The notes under the pieces were generated by a model. That model was not told the DNA's origin. It saw nothing but the letters and a program-made list of their open reading frames with translations, and ran no database searches. Shown here one piece after another: positions 28,401 through 36,874 of a DNA stretch of 64,000 nt. Made by a program: the position numbers and the translations under genes. The first letter of the stretch is position 1. Every line of letters begins with the position of its first letter. Source of the stretch: Candidatus Campbellbacteria bacterium GW2011_OD1_34_28 (GTDB lineage Bacteria; Patescibacteriota; Minisyncoccia; Phycocordibacterales; UBA12079); contig CP011215.1 of NCBI GenBank assembly GCA_001029775.1, positions 32,148 through 96,147 of the forward strand, in the 5' to 3' direction.

Positions 28401-29182
28401 GTTCTCACTTTCACAGTAAGAGTCGAGTTGGAAGGAACAGAAGAACTGAAAACTAGTGTTCCAAAATTTGCGTTTCCTAAAGTATCATAAACAGGAGAAG
28501 TATAAGTTCCGGTGCTGTAATAACTTCCGCCATTCAAACTTAGTTGAACAGAACCAGAAGTACCACTTCCACTTGTTCCTGTTTGAGAATTTGTTCCTGC
28601 GTCAAAATCTGTGTCGGTTGTTTGTGTCCATGAAGCTGCAGCAGTTGCAAGAGTAACACCGTCAGAAGAAGTAACAACACCAGTTGATGAATCAAAACTT
28701 GTAACCGTTGGAGTCGGAGAAGAGTGTGTAACATAAGTTCCGGGACTAGCAGAAGCATCCCAATCAGTTTGTGTCCATGAATAAGTGGCGGCATACGCTC
28801 TTGGAGCAGGTCCTAAAGATAAATTTAGTACAGAAACCATTAACAATAGAACCAAAGTAGAAGATAAAATTTGAGGAATAGTTTTTTTAATTTTTTTGAT
28901 ACTAAAAATATCTTTCAAAAACAAAAAAACAACATCTCTCATGCGAGGACTCTCATCTTTTATATATACAGCTCTGCTAGCTTCTTCTTTTACAAGTTCT
29001 AAAAAAGATTTTTCAACATACATTTTTCCTTTTACAGTTTTTGTATTTATTTCTTTGTCATAACAAAAACTGACTATGTATTCTTTTTTATAGCCTGTTA
29101 AATCTGAAGCCCTTTCCAGAGAAATATACTTTTGTACTTTTGATACAATTTCTTTATGCTTCATCACACTAAATGATAACAT
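22496..29182 (-). CDS. Giant surface protein C (N-terminal HTH-like domain, TM, Gly-rich region, multiple FN3-like domains)
   Basis: Repeated A.I.W.TDE.....V.Y......H.V.L..L...T.YY..V.S.D..GN units, a GGGGSGGSI-type region and a TM helix near residues 105-125. Confidence 0.8.
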   Translation of the reverse strand: MLSFSVMKHKEIVSKVQKYISLERASDLTGYKKEYIVSFCYDKEINTKTVKGKMYVEKSFLELVKEEASRAVYIKDESPRMRDVVFLFLKDIFSIKKIKKTIPQILSSTLVLLLMVSVLNLSLGPAPRAYAATYSWTQTDWDASASPGTYVTHSSPTPTVTSFDSSTGVVTSSDGVTLATAAASWTQTTDTDFDAGTNSQTGTSGSGTSGSVQLSLNGGSYYSTGTYTSPVYDTLGNANFGTLVFSSSVPSNSTLTVKVRTGTSTDMAGANNWTSCSNITSGNDISSDPCVTDGNRYVQYKVTFGASSDLSQTSALSSATINFNRIDKAEDTHTDTDFSGGTDSSTSRTQTAGSIELEEIPEGTYADGSVTISSGTVNINTDTLASGRSCADGGDGVSYSATALSSNTATLSTSPSAGCLSAGDSVLLINLQGTASNYGNVGNYEIFEVLSVSSNTVTFASNKTKYYGDGTDSDDTNIGTATTNQRVMLQRVPRYTDLTISGGVLTASDWNGSKGGVLAFLASGAVTVGSGGSINMTGKGFRGSAVTAVQGESYSKLGAVSTSANLGGGGAYYLDDPFCFIATGAGGGYGAVGQGMAPAVGGSIYGIADLSKFYLGSAGGTAANFGDTGGDGGGIVYIGAGSINSSVGNIVSNGTSPTLHTSPNGGGSGGSIYLTGNSVVLGTASHVTASGGAGDGTSDDCGSVDGGDGGVGRIHVKSSNISGTTAPTANTSSLNIVVEYESSGVYTSDIQNLGANTGLTTIDWTENESGSILTDTDLQIKVRTCDDASCSGETAISSCPAFSRSDKGITDIASASSCVNNTDQYIQYQVVFSTTDISVTPQLQDISFNYINYTTTTGTLLSSWYNSNDIVNIVSKINWSENESLPAGTAVKFQLRTATSTDGPAPDTDTASNFLGDDDVDGGFFQSDVGSCVKTGTDIVCSITDVSTEFTDMTADQWMQYKITLESDNGAVPMVTSAGLEYVVNETPDFQSEATAVQRTDGIVEIVYSVRDIDSTTGTNSPNELTPSFEYSLDGGSTWGNITAGMNATSTDNKAVDEASYSTYTMTWDPQLQIGLDTSTTTAKIRVTVNDNEAANNIASSMTADFNLTTVAISNLTSSQSTDSGTLGKVIVGYDYSIYEGCSAVSSVSLKYWDGASWLDATSLSGDYGTGVSSSTAKQIIWDAKIDYDGTYNETMQIRLVSSCSSNSQTVTSSSFSLDTKDPATSSTYVTVTATTSPATLNFDVSDDNSIEMKIGLASDYSDGAWEAYQSSSTITLETDPDIAYVQFRDALGNTVSASVETMETALNLQAYDVANYVTGSYYMFLAWKPATTNITNFRRYNIWSSTNGTDYSLLDRVNVRTTNYYVHSGIATSTTYYYKISTEDTYGTSSYYSSEVSELADGQGGGDNVPPTISNVSVGSVTTQSAVVTWDTDEVSRSTVGYSTIPYQFSGEVGVSTMADSESGIGQHQIFLTGLTPDTTYYFQAMSSDLSGNSDTDDNDGPGYTFTTNPGAVISDVLVSHVDNNMVTIVWNTDILADTAVVYSLNPDLSVSSEFQGSVNLTTAHSADITGLDQATTYYFYVKSVDAEGNIALDNFSGDYYSFTTNNDTTSPTITTGPDSSSISDTTAIIQWTTDEDANARVYFGPESGNDISDYATSTSLAVNYNRDHTVALINLATSTKYYYRVYSSDANGNSVVSDEADFTTLEELSLESEVLARELAARQGAAVSRRQSDADVTAPGFSDIEILNITDTSAKIRWKTDESANGFVEYGLTNSYGTTIGSLSMGNIHEVNLNYLLPEKTYFFKVAGNDSFGNVYRSPEKSFETISFVDQLEKNNEGDDSLSKTMTAEELDELFVSTVRQAMGLALKISSQVSLGTLETTVSEQFTNLEYLSTRISAPLMSGEPKVVTTAKTATISWRTDKPAGSFVAIAQEKDFKGTNSDEMGYVQVIGGNSTSTTDHTVMIYDLEPETNYHYQVRSKASVGTIGYSPDFTFKTRSEELEISSYTIKKNSNESVVFQWVTNVEADGTVRYTPYRNNTLSIEETTTISDKRNSFIHEIELDNLEAGVFYDVELTSKGVDGSITSKKIPTFSTSEDDLPPLIYSVKTDSAISTGKESKIQSIITWLTNEPSTSQVYYQKGIIGMDKPLANMTKLDSTYTKKHVVVITSFDLGTVYSFRVESTDSGGNVSLSKVYTILTPRHRESVFQVIMSNVEDIFGWVGDIRGR

Positions 29183-29248
29183 GGATTTGTCAAAAACACT
29201 GTGGAAAATTAAACAAAAAATCTAAAAAATTATAGAAATTTTTGCATT

Positions 29249-29875
29249 CTAAAATTTTTTTATCTTTTTAAAATACCAAATCAAAATAATAGCCGTAATA
29301 AGAAAAATAGAGACAAAACTAGTCAAAAATACATTGTCAAACAAGACAATTTTGTAACCATAAGCAAAAATAAATGAAAAAGGGATAATTCCTATAAAAG
29401 AAGCCAGTAAATATTTTCCCATCTTCATATTTGTCAAAAGACCAATTAAATAACTTATTACATCCACAGGGATAACCATTCTCAAGAAAACAACCCACCA
29501 AAAACCGATATCCTCTGGCAAATACTTGTGATATTTAACAACATCTTTTTCTGAAATAAATTTCATCAAAATTGGTCTCCCAAAACCTCGTGCAATCCAA
29601 AAAGCAATTGCTGAACCAATAAACCATCCAATGATAGAGTAAATAGCTGTTTCAAATTGACCCAACAAAACACCCACGGCTGGAACAATCGGCAAGATAA
29701 CCAACGGTTCAAATACAGTAGAAAGCACCATCAAAAAAATAAAAACAAAAATACTTAAGATTGAATTGTCTACTACAAATTTACTAAAATAATCCATAGG
29801 AGCCTGCCAGAAAAAAAACACTATTGTAAGAACAACAAACAAGACAATAAAAATGTTTTTTAATAATTTTATCAT
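29249..29875 (-). CDS. TVP38/TMEM64 (VTT/DedA-like) membrane protein
   Basis: GSAIAFWIARGFGR, FLRMVIP.D.ISY..GL..M....Y..ASFIGIIP. Confidence 0.85.
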   Translation of the reverse strand: MIKLLKNIFIVLFVVLTIVFFFWQAPMDYFSKFVVDNSILSIFVFIFLMVLSTVFEPLVILPIVPAVGVLLGQFETAIYSIIGWFIGSAIAFWIARGFGRPILMKFISEKDVVKYHKYLPEDIGFWWVVFLRMVIPVDVISYLIGLLTNMKMGKYLLASFIGIIPFSFIFAYGYKIVLFDNVFLTSFVSIFLITAIILIWYFKKIKKF

Positions 29876-29890
29876 TTGTATGTAACAAAT

Positions 29891-30898
29891 TTAAACTGTT
29901 ACCAAATTTATAGGATCGTTTTTTTCAAATGCTTTTATATTTTCAACAGTTACTGAAAAAATTCTTTCTATGGCTTCTTGTGTGTTGAAAGCATTATGTG
30001 GAGTAATAATAACCTGTGGGTGATCGATCAAATATTGATTTTCCAAAACAGTTTTCAAAGTATCGGGATTAGGGTGTTCTTGAGTGAGTAAACTAACTTC
30101 ATCATTCATCAAACTTTCTTCTTCTAATACATCCAATCCTGCGCCAGACAAAATACCCTTTTCAAGTGCCTCAACTACCGCGTCTGTCTCAACCACTTCC
30201 CCTCTAGATGTGTTTATCAAAATTGCGCCTTTCTTTATTTTCGAAATATTTTCTTTATTGATCAAATGTCTTGTGTGAGGATTCAGAGGAACATGCAAAG
30301 AAATAATATCTGATTCGGACAACAAATCGTCAAAATCTGCATATTCAAAATTTAATTCTTTTGCAAAATCCTCGTCTCTTTTAATATCAAAAGCGATTAC
30401 TTTCATTCCAAATCCATTTGCCATTCTGATAGAGTGCTTTCCAATATTTCCAACACCAACGATACCCATTGTCTTGCCCGCCAAATCAGAACCTCTTAAG
30501 CCTTCTTGAGAGAAACTTCCTTGCTCAACTATTCTATTATAAGCGGGATATATTTTTCTTGTTAGCGACAAAAGTAATGCAAAAGAAAATTCTGCAACAG
30601 TATTTTCTCCGTATGTTGGCACATTTGAAACTTTTATATTTCTTTTCTTTGCTTCTTCCAAATCGATATGGTCATATCCGGTTGAACGAGTAACAATAGA
30701 TTTTAAATTTGGAAAACGATTCATTTCATCAATTCCCACAGGAGAATTTACGAAAACAACCAACATTTCTGCTTGATCGTCTTTATATGCGACATTGTCT
30801 TGAGTTGTTCCTTTCAAAAAAACTATCTCATTTCCTGACAATCTTTCTGAAAAATAATCTTTTTCTTTTCCCTCTTCGTAAAAATATACGATTTTCAT
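29891..30898 (-). CDS. D-isomer-specific 2-hydroxyacid dehydrogenase (D-lactate dehydrogenase-like)
   Basis: RSTGYDHID, NVPTYGENTVAE, GIVGVGNIG, INTSRG, LDVLEEE, TPHNAF. Confidence 0.9.
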   Translation of the reverse strand: MKIVYFYEEGKEKDYFSERLSGNEIVFLKGTTQDNVAYKDDQAEMLVVFVNSPVGIDEMNRFPNLKSIVTRSTGYDHIDLEEAKKRNIKVSNVPTYGENTVAEFSFALLLSLTRKIYPAYNRIVEQGSFSQEGLRGSDLAGKTMGIVGVGNIGKHSIRMANGFGMKVIAFDIKRDEDFAKELNFEYADFDDLLSESDIISLHVPLNPHTRHLINKENISKIKKGAILINTSRGEVVETDAVVEALEKGILSGAGLDVLEEESLMNDEVSLLTQEHPNPDTLKTVLENQYLIDHPQVIITPHNAFNTQEAIERIFSVTVENIKAFEKNDPINLVTV

Positions 30899-30950
30899 AA
30901 TTTATCTTTTAAATTTAACTACTATGTTTTTAGTATAACATTTTTATAAA

Positions 30951-30988
30951 AAATTGCCGTACAGGTGTGCACACCTGTACGGCAATTT
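30951..30988. terminator. Perfect 38-bp palindrome, probable terminator
   Basis: AAATTGCCGTACAGGTGTGCACACCTGTACGGCAATTT immediately after the stop at 30994. Confidence 0.7.
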
Positions 30989-30993
30989 AAAAC

Positions 30994-31254
30994 CTAACGA
31001 CGGCCAAATCTTCCGACCGCAGTCTTTGATGTAGTAGGGCGCTGACGATCGACCAAGCCGTGGATCTCGTTTTTGTAGAAATCACATTTACGACAACCGG
31101 CCTTTTTTTCGTTATAACTTCCCTGAACATCTCCATGACACAAGGTTCCTCTGACGGAAAAACAAATCCTTCCATTATTGGGATATGCGGGGCACTTGTC
31201 TTTGGCCTGGCACCCTTTCCCGTGTTCCCAGCAATTCATTTCTTTTGTTGCCAT
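30994..31254 (-). CDS. Small Cys-rich two-CW-domain-like protein
   Basis: NCWE...C....CPAY...GRIC....GTLC.G..QG....K...C..CDFY, with an AGGGGAG RBS. Confidence 0.75.
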   Translation of the reverse strand: MATKEMNCWEHGKGCQAKDKCPAYPNNGRICFSVRGTLCHGDVQGSYNEKKAGCRKCDFYKNEIHGLVDRQRPTTSKTAVGRFGRR

Positions 31255-31319
31255 ATTTCTCTTTCTCCCCTTTTAAAAGTAGTTTAGTATCCAACGATAC
31301 CGAAAAACATCCATCTCAA

Positions 31320-31348
31320 AAGGTACACCACAAAAACAAAAACGTCAA
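31320..31348 (-). promoter_or_regulatory. Putative sigma70 promoter of the Cys-rich gene
   Basis: TTGACG-N17-TACCTT on the minus strand. Confidence 0.5.
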
Positions 31349-32536
31349 TTAAATCTCTTTTGAGATTTGTTGCAGTCTTTGATATTTTACCAATCTTTCT
31401 TGCTGTCTAGGAGACCCTGCTTTTATTCCATAGGCTCCAATACCTACTGCTAAATCAGCAATAAAATCGTCCATTGTTTCTCCTGAACGGTGTGAACAAA
31501 TTATTTTCCATCCCGCTCCGCGTGCAATTTTCACTGCACTATAAACCTCGCTTAATGTTCCAATTTGATTCGGTTTTATTATCACAGCATTCGCTCGTCT
31601 ATTTCTGGCAGAATCCAAAATCTGTTTTGCGTTCGTCGTCGTCAAATCGTCCCCCACAATTATCAAATCTTCGTCTCCCGATTTCAATTTCCAATCACGA
31701 GATTCTTTTACCATATCTGAAAAAGCAGAAAAATCTGATTCTTCAAAGGGATCCTCTATGCTGAAAAGTGGAAAATTCTCAACTAAATCTTTATAAATTT
31801 TTTGTAATTCATTTGATGTATATTCTTTTTCAAAAAGTTTATACCGTCCATCTTTGTAAAGCTCTGAACCAGCAACATCAATAGCGATTTTCATATCTGA
31901 ATCCATCAAACTATAAATCAACTCAAAAGGTTCTTCCACACGACTCATCTGTGGAGAAAAACCTCCTTCATCCCCTATTTTTACTTCGCCATATTTTTCT
32001 TTTACCACCTCGCCCAATTTATCCAAAAAAGTAACGGCGTTGTCATACGAGTTACAATCTGTGACAATCATAGATTCTTGAAAAGGAATCCTGAAATCGG
32101 CGTGAGCTCCGCCATTTATCACATTCATAAACAATTTTGGCAAAGCGGGATTCGTATCTACACCAGAAATTTCATTTATATATTTCCAAAGAGGTTTGTT
32201 TTCTAATTTTGATGCCAATCTGGTAACAGCCAAACTTACTCCGAGAGTTGTATTCCCACCCAATTTTGATTTGTCTTCTGTTCCGTCTAATTCAATCAAA
32301 ATTTTATCAACTCCTTGTGGGTCTATTTCCAAGTTTAAAATAGCAGGAGCAATAATTTCTTCAATATTTTTTATAACTGTTTCAATAGGAACATTTTTTG
32401 CTTCACGAGAACCAGCACTTTTTCCAGAAGGAACAGACGCTGTGACACAAATATTTTCAGAACAAACCTCTACTTCAATGGTGGGTTCTCCACGAGAATC
32501 TTTTATTTCTTTTGATTTTATTGATGTTATTTTCAT
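31349..32536 (-). CDS. eno: Enolase
   Basis: DSRG.PT.EV, VPSG.S.G..EA, NGGAHA, GDEGGF, SIEDP, VGDDL, KPNQIG, SHRSGET. Confidence 0.96.
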   Translation of the reverse strand: MKITSIKSKEIKDSRGEPTIEVEVCSENICVTASVPSGKSAGSREAKNVPIETVIKNIEEIIAPAILNLEIDPQGVDKILIELDGTEDKSKLGGNTTLGVSLAVTRLASKLENKPLWKYINEISGVDTNPALPKLFMNVINGGAHADFRIPFQESMIVTDCNSYDNAVTFLDKLGEVVKEKYGEVKIGDEGGFSPQMSRVEEPFELIYSLMDSDMKIAIDVAGSELYKDGRYKLFEKEYTSNELQKIYKDLVENFPLFSIEDPFEESDFSAFSDMVKESRDWKLKSGDEDLIIVGDDLTTTNAKQILDSARNRRANAVIIKPNQIGTLSEVYSAVKIARGAGWKIICSHRSGETMDDFIADLAVGIGAYGIKAGSPRQQERLVKYQRLQQISKEI

Positions 32537-32565
32537 ATGTAAATAAAATTATATCACAAAGAATT

Positions 32566-32604
32566 AAACAAAAAGTAGGACGTCCGACGTCCTACTTTTT
32601 GTTT
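32566..32604 (-). terminator. Hairpin after ppsA
   Basis: AAACAAAAAGTAGGACGTC-C-GACGTCCTACTTTTTGTTT. Confidence 0.7.
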
Positions 32605-34981
32605 ATTTTTTATTCTTTTCTGTTTTGTTTACATTGATAGTTGTTTTAATCACAGTATCTGGAATTACCGAGATAGAATCGATTTCACAATCCACCAAGA
32701 ATTTTACGAACTCTGGAAAATCGCTTGGCGCCTGTCCACAAATTCCAACTTTGGTTTTTGTTTTCTTTGCTTTCTCAATCAAATCTTTAATCAAAATTTT
32801 AACAGCTTCGTTGTTTTCATTTGAAACTCCGGCCACATCCAATGTTCCTGTCGAGTCTCTGTCAATTCCCAAAGTCAGCTGAGTCAAATCGTTTGAGCCA
32901 ATTGAAAATCCGTCAAAAATCTTTGCAAATTGTTCTGCCAAAATAATATTTGAAGGAATCTCTGCCATAACATAAATTTCTAATCCGTTTGTTCCTCGTT
33001 TCAATCCATACTTTGCCATAATTTCTTGAACTTTTTTACCTTCTTCAACTGTTCTACAGAAAGGCACCATAATTTTTGTATTAGTTAATCCCATTTCATT
33101 ACGAACTTTTACAAGAGCCATACATTCCAATTCAAAAGCTGGCAAAAATTCTGGAGAATAATAACGAGATGCTCCTCTGTACCCAATCATCGGATTTGAT
33201 TCCACAGGCTCGTAAGAGTGTCCTCCAATCAAGTTTGCATATTCGTTGCTCTTGAAATCAGAAAGTCTGACAATCACTGGTTTTGGATAAAAAGCAGCAG
33301 AAATTCGGGCAACACCTTCGGCAAGCTTATCAACAAAAAATTGTTTTTTGTCTTTATAACCAATAGTGAAAGCTTCAATTTCTTTTTTAGTTTTGGCATC
33401 TTGTTTGCTGAAATTTATCAATGCCAAAGGGTGAGCTTTGATAGTATTGTTGATAATAAATTCAAGTCTAGCCAATCCTACTCCGTCATTTGGAATAAAT
33501 GAACTTGAAAAAGCCAACTCTGGTTCCCCAAGATTCAACATTATTTTTGTCTTTGGTCTTTCAAGATTTCCAATATCAGTTTTTATAACTTCGTATTTCA
33601 ATTCTCCTTTGTGAACTTTTCCTGTTTCTCCGTCCGAGCAATTCACAGTCACTTTTTGTCCCGATTTCAAAAGGCCTGACCCTGTTTCTGTTCCAACAAC
33701 ACAAGGAATGCCCAACTCTCTTGAAACAATCGCTGCGTGACAAGTACGCCCTCCTTTGTCCGTAATAATTGCAGAAGCAATCTTCATGATTGGTTCCCAA
33801 TCTGGATCAGTCATGGTAGTTACCAAAACCTGTCCTTTTTTGAATTTGGTAATATCTTTGACATTCATAATCTTGTTAACGACACCGGCACCTATCTTTT
33901 GTCCAATACTTTGTCCTGTGATTATTACATCGCCTTTTTCTCTCAATTTATATTCTTCAATAGTATTTTTATTTTTCTGACTCTGAACAGTCTCAGGACG
34001 AGCTTGTACGATGTAAAGTTTTTTGTCTCTACCATCCAATGCCCATTCCATATCCATCGGACGATTGTAGTGCTTTTCAATAGTGATTGCCCATTCAGCC
34101 AACTGCTTTACTTGTTCGTCAGTAATAGATTGTTTTGCTTGATCAGCAGAACTGACAGCGATATTTTTAACTGGGTTTTTTAGGTCAGATGTATAAACCA
34201 TTTTTACATCTTTTTTGTTTATTGTTTTTGAGATTATGGATTTTGTTGGTTTGAAATAATAAAACTCGTCTGGAGTTACTCTACCCTGCACAATATTTTC
34301 TCCCAAACCGTAAATAGAACTTATCAAGACAGTGTTTTCAAAACCTGATTCTGTATCAATAGAAAACATAACACCCGAGCTCGCCAAATCAGAACGAACC
34401 ATTTTTTGGATACCCACGGAAAGAGAAATACTGAAGTGGTCAAAGCCTTTATCGGCCCTGTAAGAAATTGCTCTGTTTGTAAACAATGACGCGATACATT
34501 TTTTAACTGCAATCAACAATTCTTTTTCTCCCTTAATATTTAAATATGTTTCTTGTTGTCCTGCAAAAGAAGCGTCTGGCAAATCTTCTGCTGTGGCAGA
34601 AGAACGAACAGCCACATCCACATTGGCTGTACCATACAGCTTGGACAATTCTTTATAAGCCGAAACAACATCTCTTTTCAAATCTTCTGGGAATTCTGCT
34701 TTTAAAATTACTTTTCTCACCTTTTCTCCTCTGGTCATAAGATTTCTTATATCGTGAGTATTCAAATCTTTCAAAATCTTTTTTATCTCATCCATCGTTC
34801 CGCTTTCTTTCATAAATTTTACATAAGCTTCCGCAGTCGTAGCAAAACCATTTGGGATATTTACTCCTTTACTAGTAAGCTTTTGATACATCTCTCCAAG
34901 AGACGCATTTTTTCCCCCAACCAAAGGAACATCTTTATTGGTCAAATTTTTAAACCAAATTACACTTTTTTCTGTCTCCAT
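32603..34981 (-). CDS. ppsA: Phosphoenolpyruvate synthase
   Basis: VGGKNASLGEM, VAVRSSATAEDLPDASFAGQQETYLN, GGRTCHAAI, FDGFSIGSNDLTQL, GICGQAPSD. Confidence 0.97.
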   Translation of the reverse strand: METEKSVIWFKNLTNKDVPLVGGKNASLGEMYQKLTSKGVNIPNGFATTAEAYVKFMKESGTMDEIKKILKDLNTHDIRNLMTRGEKVRKVILKAEFPEDLKRDVVSAYKELSKLYGTANVDVAVRSSATAEDLPDASFAGQQETYLNIKGEKELLIAVKKCIASLFTNRAISYRADKGFDHFSISLSVGIQKMVRSDLASSGVMFSIDTESGFENTVLISSIYGLGENIVQGRVTPDEFYYFKPTKSIISKTINKKDVKMVYTSDLKNPVKNIAVSSADQAKQSITDEQVKQLAEWAITIEKHYNRPMDMEWALDGRDKKLYIVQARPETVQSQKNKNTIEEYKLREKGDVIITGQSIGQKIGAGVVNKIMNVKDITKFKKGQVLVTTMTDPDWEPIMKIASAIITDKGGRTCHAAIVSRELGIPCVVGTETGSGLLKSGQKVTVNCSDGETGKVHKGELKYEVIKTDIGNLERPKTKIMLNLGEPELAFSSSFIPNDGVGLARLEFIINNTIKAHPLALINFSKQDAKTKKEIEAFTIGYKDKKQFFVDKLAEGVARISAAFYPKPVIVRLSDFKSNEYANLIGGHSYEPVESNPMIGYRGASRYYSPEFLPAFELECMALVKVRNEMGLTNTKIMVPFCRTVEEGKKVQEIMAKYGLKRGTNGLEIYVMAEIPSNIILAEQFAKIFDGFSIGSNDLTQLTLGIDRDSTGTLDVAGVSNENNEAVKILIKDLIEKAKKTKTKVGICGQAPSDFPEFVKFLVDCEIDSISVIPDTVIKTTINVNKTEKNKK

Positions 34982-35034
34982 ATTTCTCTAAATTTTTAAT
35001 GTTTTTAATGTTTCTTTATTCTAGCACAAAGAAA

Positions 35035-36324
35035 TTATTCGCTATCCTCACCCGTGAGGACAAAATACCAATCTGCAACATTTGCCCCTGTCCTTCCTGT
35101 ATTGATATGTCCACCAACTTTTTTGAAAAATTCATAAGAATTGTTTTCTTTTAAAAAGTCTTCTGTCTCAAGCCCCTCGTCAGATGCTCGTTTGAACAAA
35201 TCTTTGTCTCCGATAGCACCCGCTGTATCGCTATTGTCCCACCCATCGGATGCCGAAGCAACAACCACCATATTCGGGACAATATACGGCAAACTCGCCA
35301 AAACAAATTCTTGATTTCTTCCGCCTATTCCATTTCCTTTTACCTTAACCGTTGTTTCCCCTCCCCAAATATGACAACTTTTTGGCAAATAATTTTTTGT
35401 AACAATTTTTTCAGACACAGAAACTACTTCTCCTTCTAATTTGTTGTCTTCTATATACGCATCATATCCTAAATCTTCTGCCTTTCTTTTCATTGCCTCA
35501 AGACCAACCATGTTTGAACCCAAAAGAATATTAGTGACATTTTCAAAAAATTTTTCTTTCTTTGGGGTTTCCGTTAAAGAGATATTTAAATGACGCATTG
35601 AATTTTGCATATCGTATTTTTTTAAAACATCCTCTGCATCTTTGATTGTTGTTTTGTCCATAACAGTTGGACCAGAAGCAATCACACTCAGATCGTCCCC
35701 TGGTACATCAGAAAGAATAAAAGAAACCAATTTTGCAGGATATGCAAACTCGGCAAATTGTCCGCCCTTTATAGAAGAAGTGTGTTTTCTTACCGTGTTT
35801 ATCTCTGTTATATTTGCTCCTTTTTTCATCAACTCTTCAATAAATTCTTTTTGATTTTGAAAATCTGTTTTATATGGCAAACACAACAACGCAGATCCAC
35901 CGCCAGAAATAACGGTCAAAACAAGATCTTTTTTCGTAGCTTGTTTCAACATCTCAATAATTTGTTCTGTGACAAAAACATTTTTTGCGGAAGGAAATGG
36001 GTGTGTCCCTTCTTCTGAAAGCAAATTTTTAAATTCGTCTTTTTTTACATCCAAAACAATACCACTCGTTATTTTATCTCCCAAAATATCTTCCAATGCT
36101 TTTGCCGAACTAACCGCACATTTTCCAATAGCAATAACAAAAATCCTTTCATAATCATTGAGACAAATTTTTTGATCAGCAAAACAAATATGTCCGTCTC
36201 TTACTTCTATTTTTGATTTGAAAAGACGCTCTACCATGATGGCTTCGTATCCTGTTTCCAATATTTCCAAAGCATCTCTTTTCAATTTAGATGTTCCTAA
36301 TTCATCAATATTTTTGATTATCAT
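35035..36324 (-). CDS. Glycerate 2-kinase (MOFRL/TtuD/GckA family)
   Basis: AIGKCA, THPFP, ISGGGSALL, INTVRKH.S.IKGG, SDVPGDD...IASGPT, GGETTV, GGRNQE, TGANV.D. Confidence 0.92.
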   Translation of the reverse strand: MIIKNIDELGTSKLKRDALEILETGYEAIMVERLFKSKIEVRDGHICFADQKICLNDYERIFVIAIGKCAVSSAKALEDILGDKITSGIVLDVKKDEFKNLLSEEGTHPFPSAKNVFVTEQIIEMLKQATKKDLVLTVISGGGSALLCLPYKTDFQNQKEFIEELMKKGANITEINTVRKHTSSIKGGQFAEFAYPAKLVSFILSDVPGDDLSVIASGPTVMDKTTIKDAEDVLKKYDMQNSMRHLNISLTETPKKEKFFENVTNILLGSNMVGLEAMKRKAEDLGYDAYIEDNKLEGEVVSVSEKIVTKNYLPKSCHIWGGETTVKVKGNGIGGRNQEFVLASLPYIVPNMVVVASASDGWDNSDTAGAIGDKDLFKRASDEGLETEDFLKENNSYEFFKKVGGHINTGRTGANVADWYFVLTGEDSE

Positions 36325-36391
36325 AGATTAAATTTTAACATAAAAAAATAAAAACTATCCGCGATTTAGCGGACAGTTTTTATTTTTTCAT

Positions 36392-36790
36392 CTATTCTGT
36401 TGTTACCCCTTCAAAGTGCTCATCGTCGGCTTCGGCCTGTTCTTTTGTCGCATGAACAACCCCGTCTCTATGATGCGCAGGAGAATAAATTGTGTAAAGC
36501 TTCATATCTTCTGTTTCAGAAGTATTTATAATATTATGTCGAGCACCAGCTGGTATAACGATCGCAAAACCATCACTTATCTCTGTTTCCACTCCATCCA
36601 ACACAACCTTTCCTTTTCCAGCATCTACTCTAAAAAATTGGTCATTATCCTCATGAACCTCCATTCCAATTTCTTCCATCGGTTTCAAACTCATCAAAAC
36701 TAATTGACTATATTTGCTTGTATAAAGAACCTTTCTAAAATTAGAATTTTCTTTTGTTAGATTTTCAATATTTTCTACAAATCCTTTCAT
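36392..36790 (-). CDS. Cupin domain protein
   Basis: NFRKVLYT....QLVLMSL...EEIG.EVH...DQFFR, IPAGARHN, KLYTIYSP.HH. Confidence 0.9.
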   Translation of the reverse strand: MKGFVENIENLTKENSNFRKVLYTSKYSQLVLMSLKPMEEIGMEVHEDNDQFFRVDAGKGKVVLDGVETEISDGFAIVIPAGARHNIINTSETEDMKLYTIYSPAHHRDGVVHATKEQAEADDEHFEGVTTE

Positions 36791-36874
36791 AATAGTTAAA
36801 AATTAATTTAATAAAATAAATTATAACATACAAAAAACATGCTCGTGAAAATTTAATAAATTACAATTTTAATA

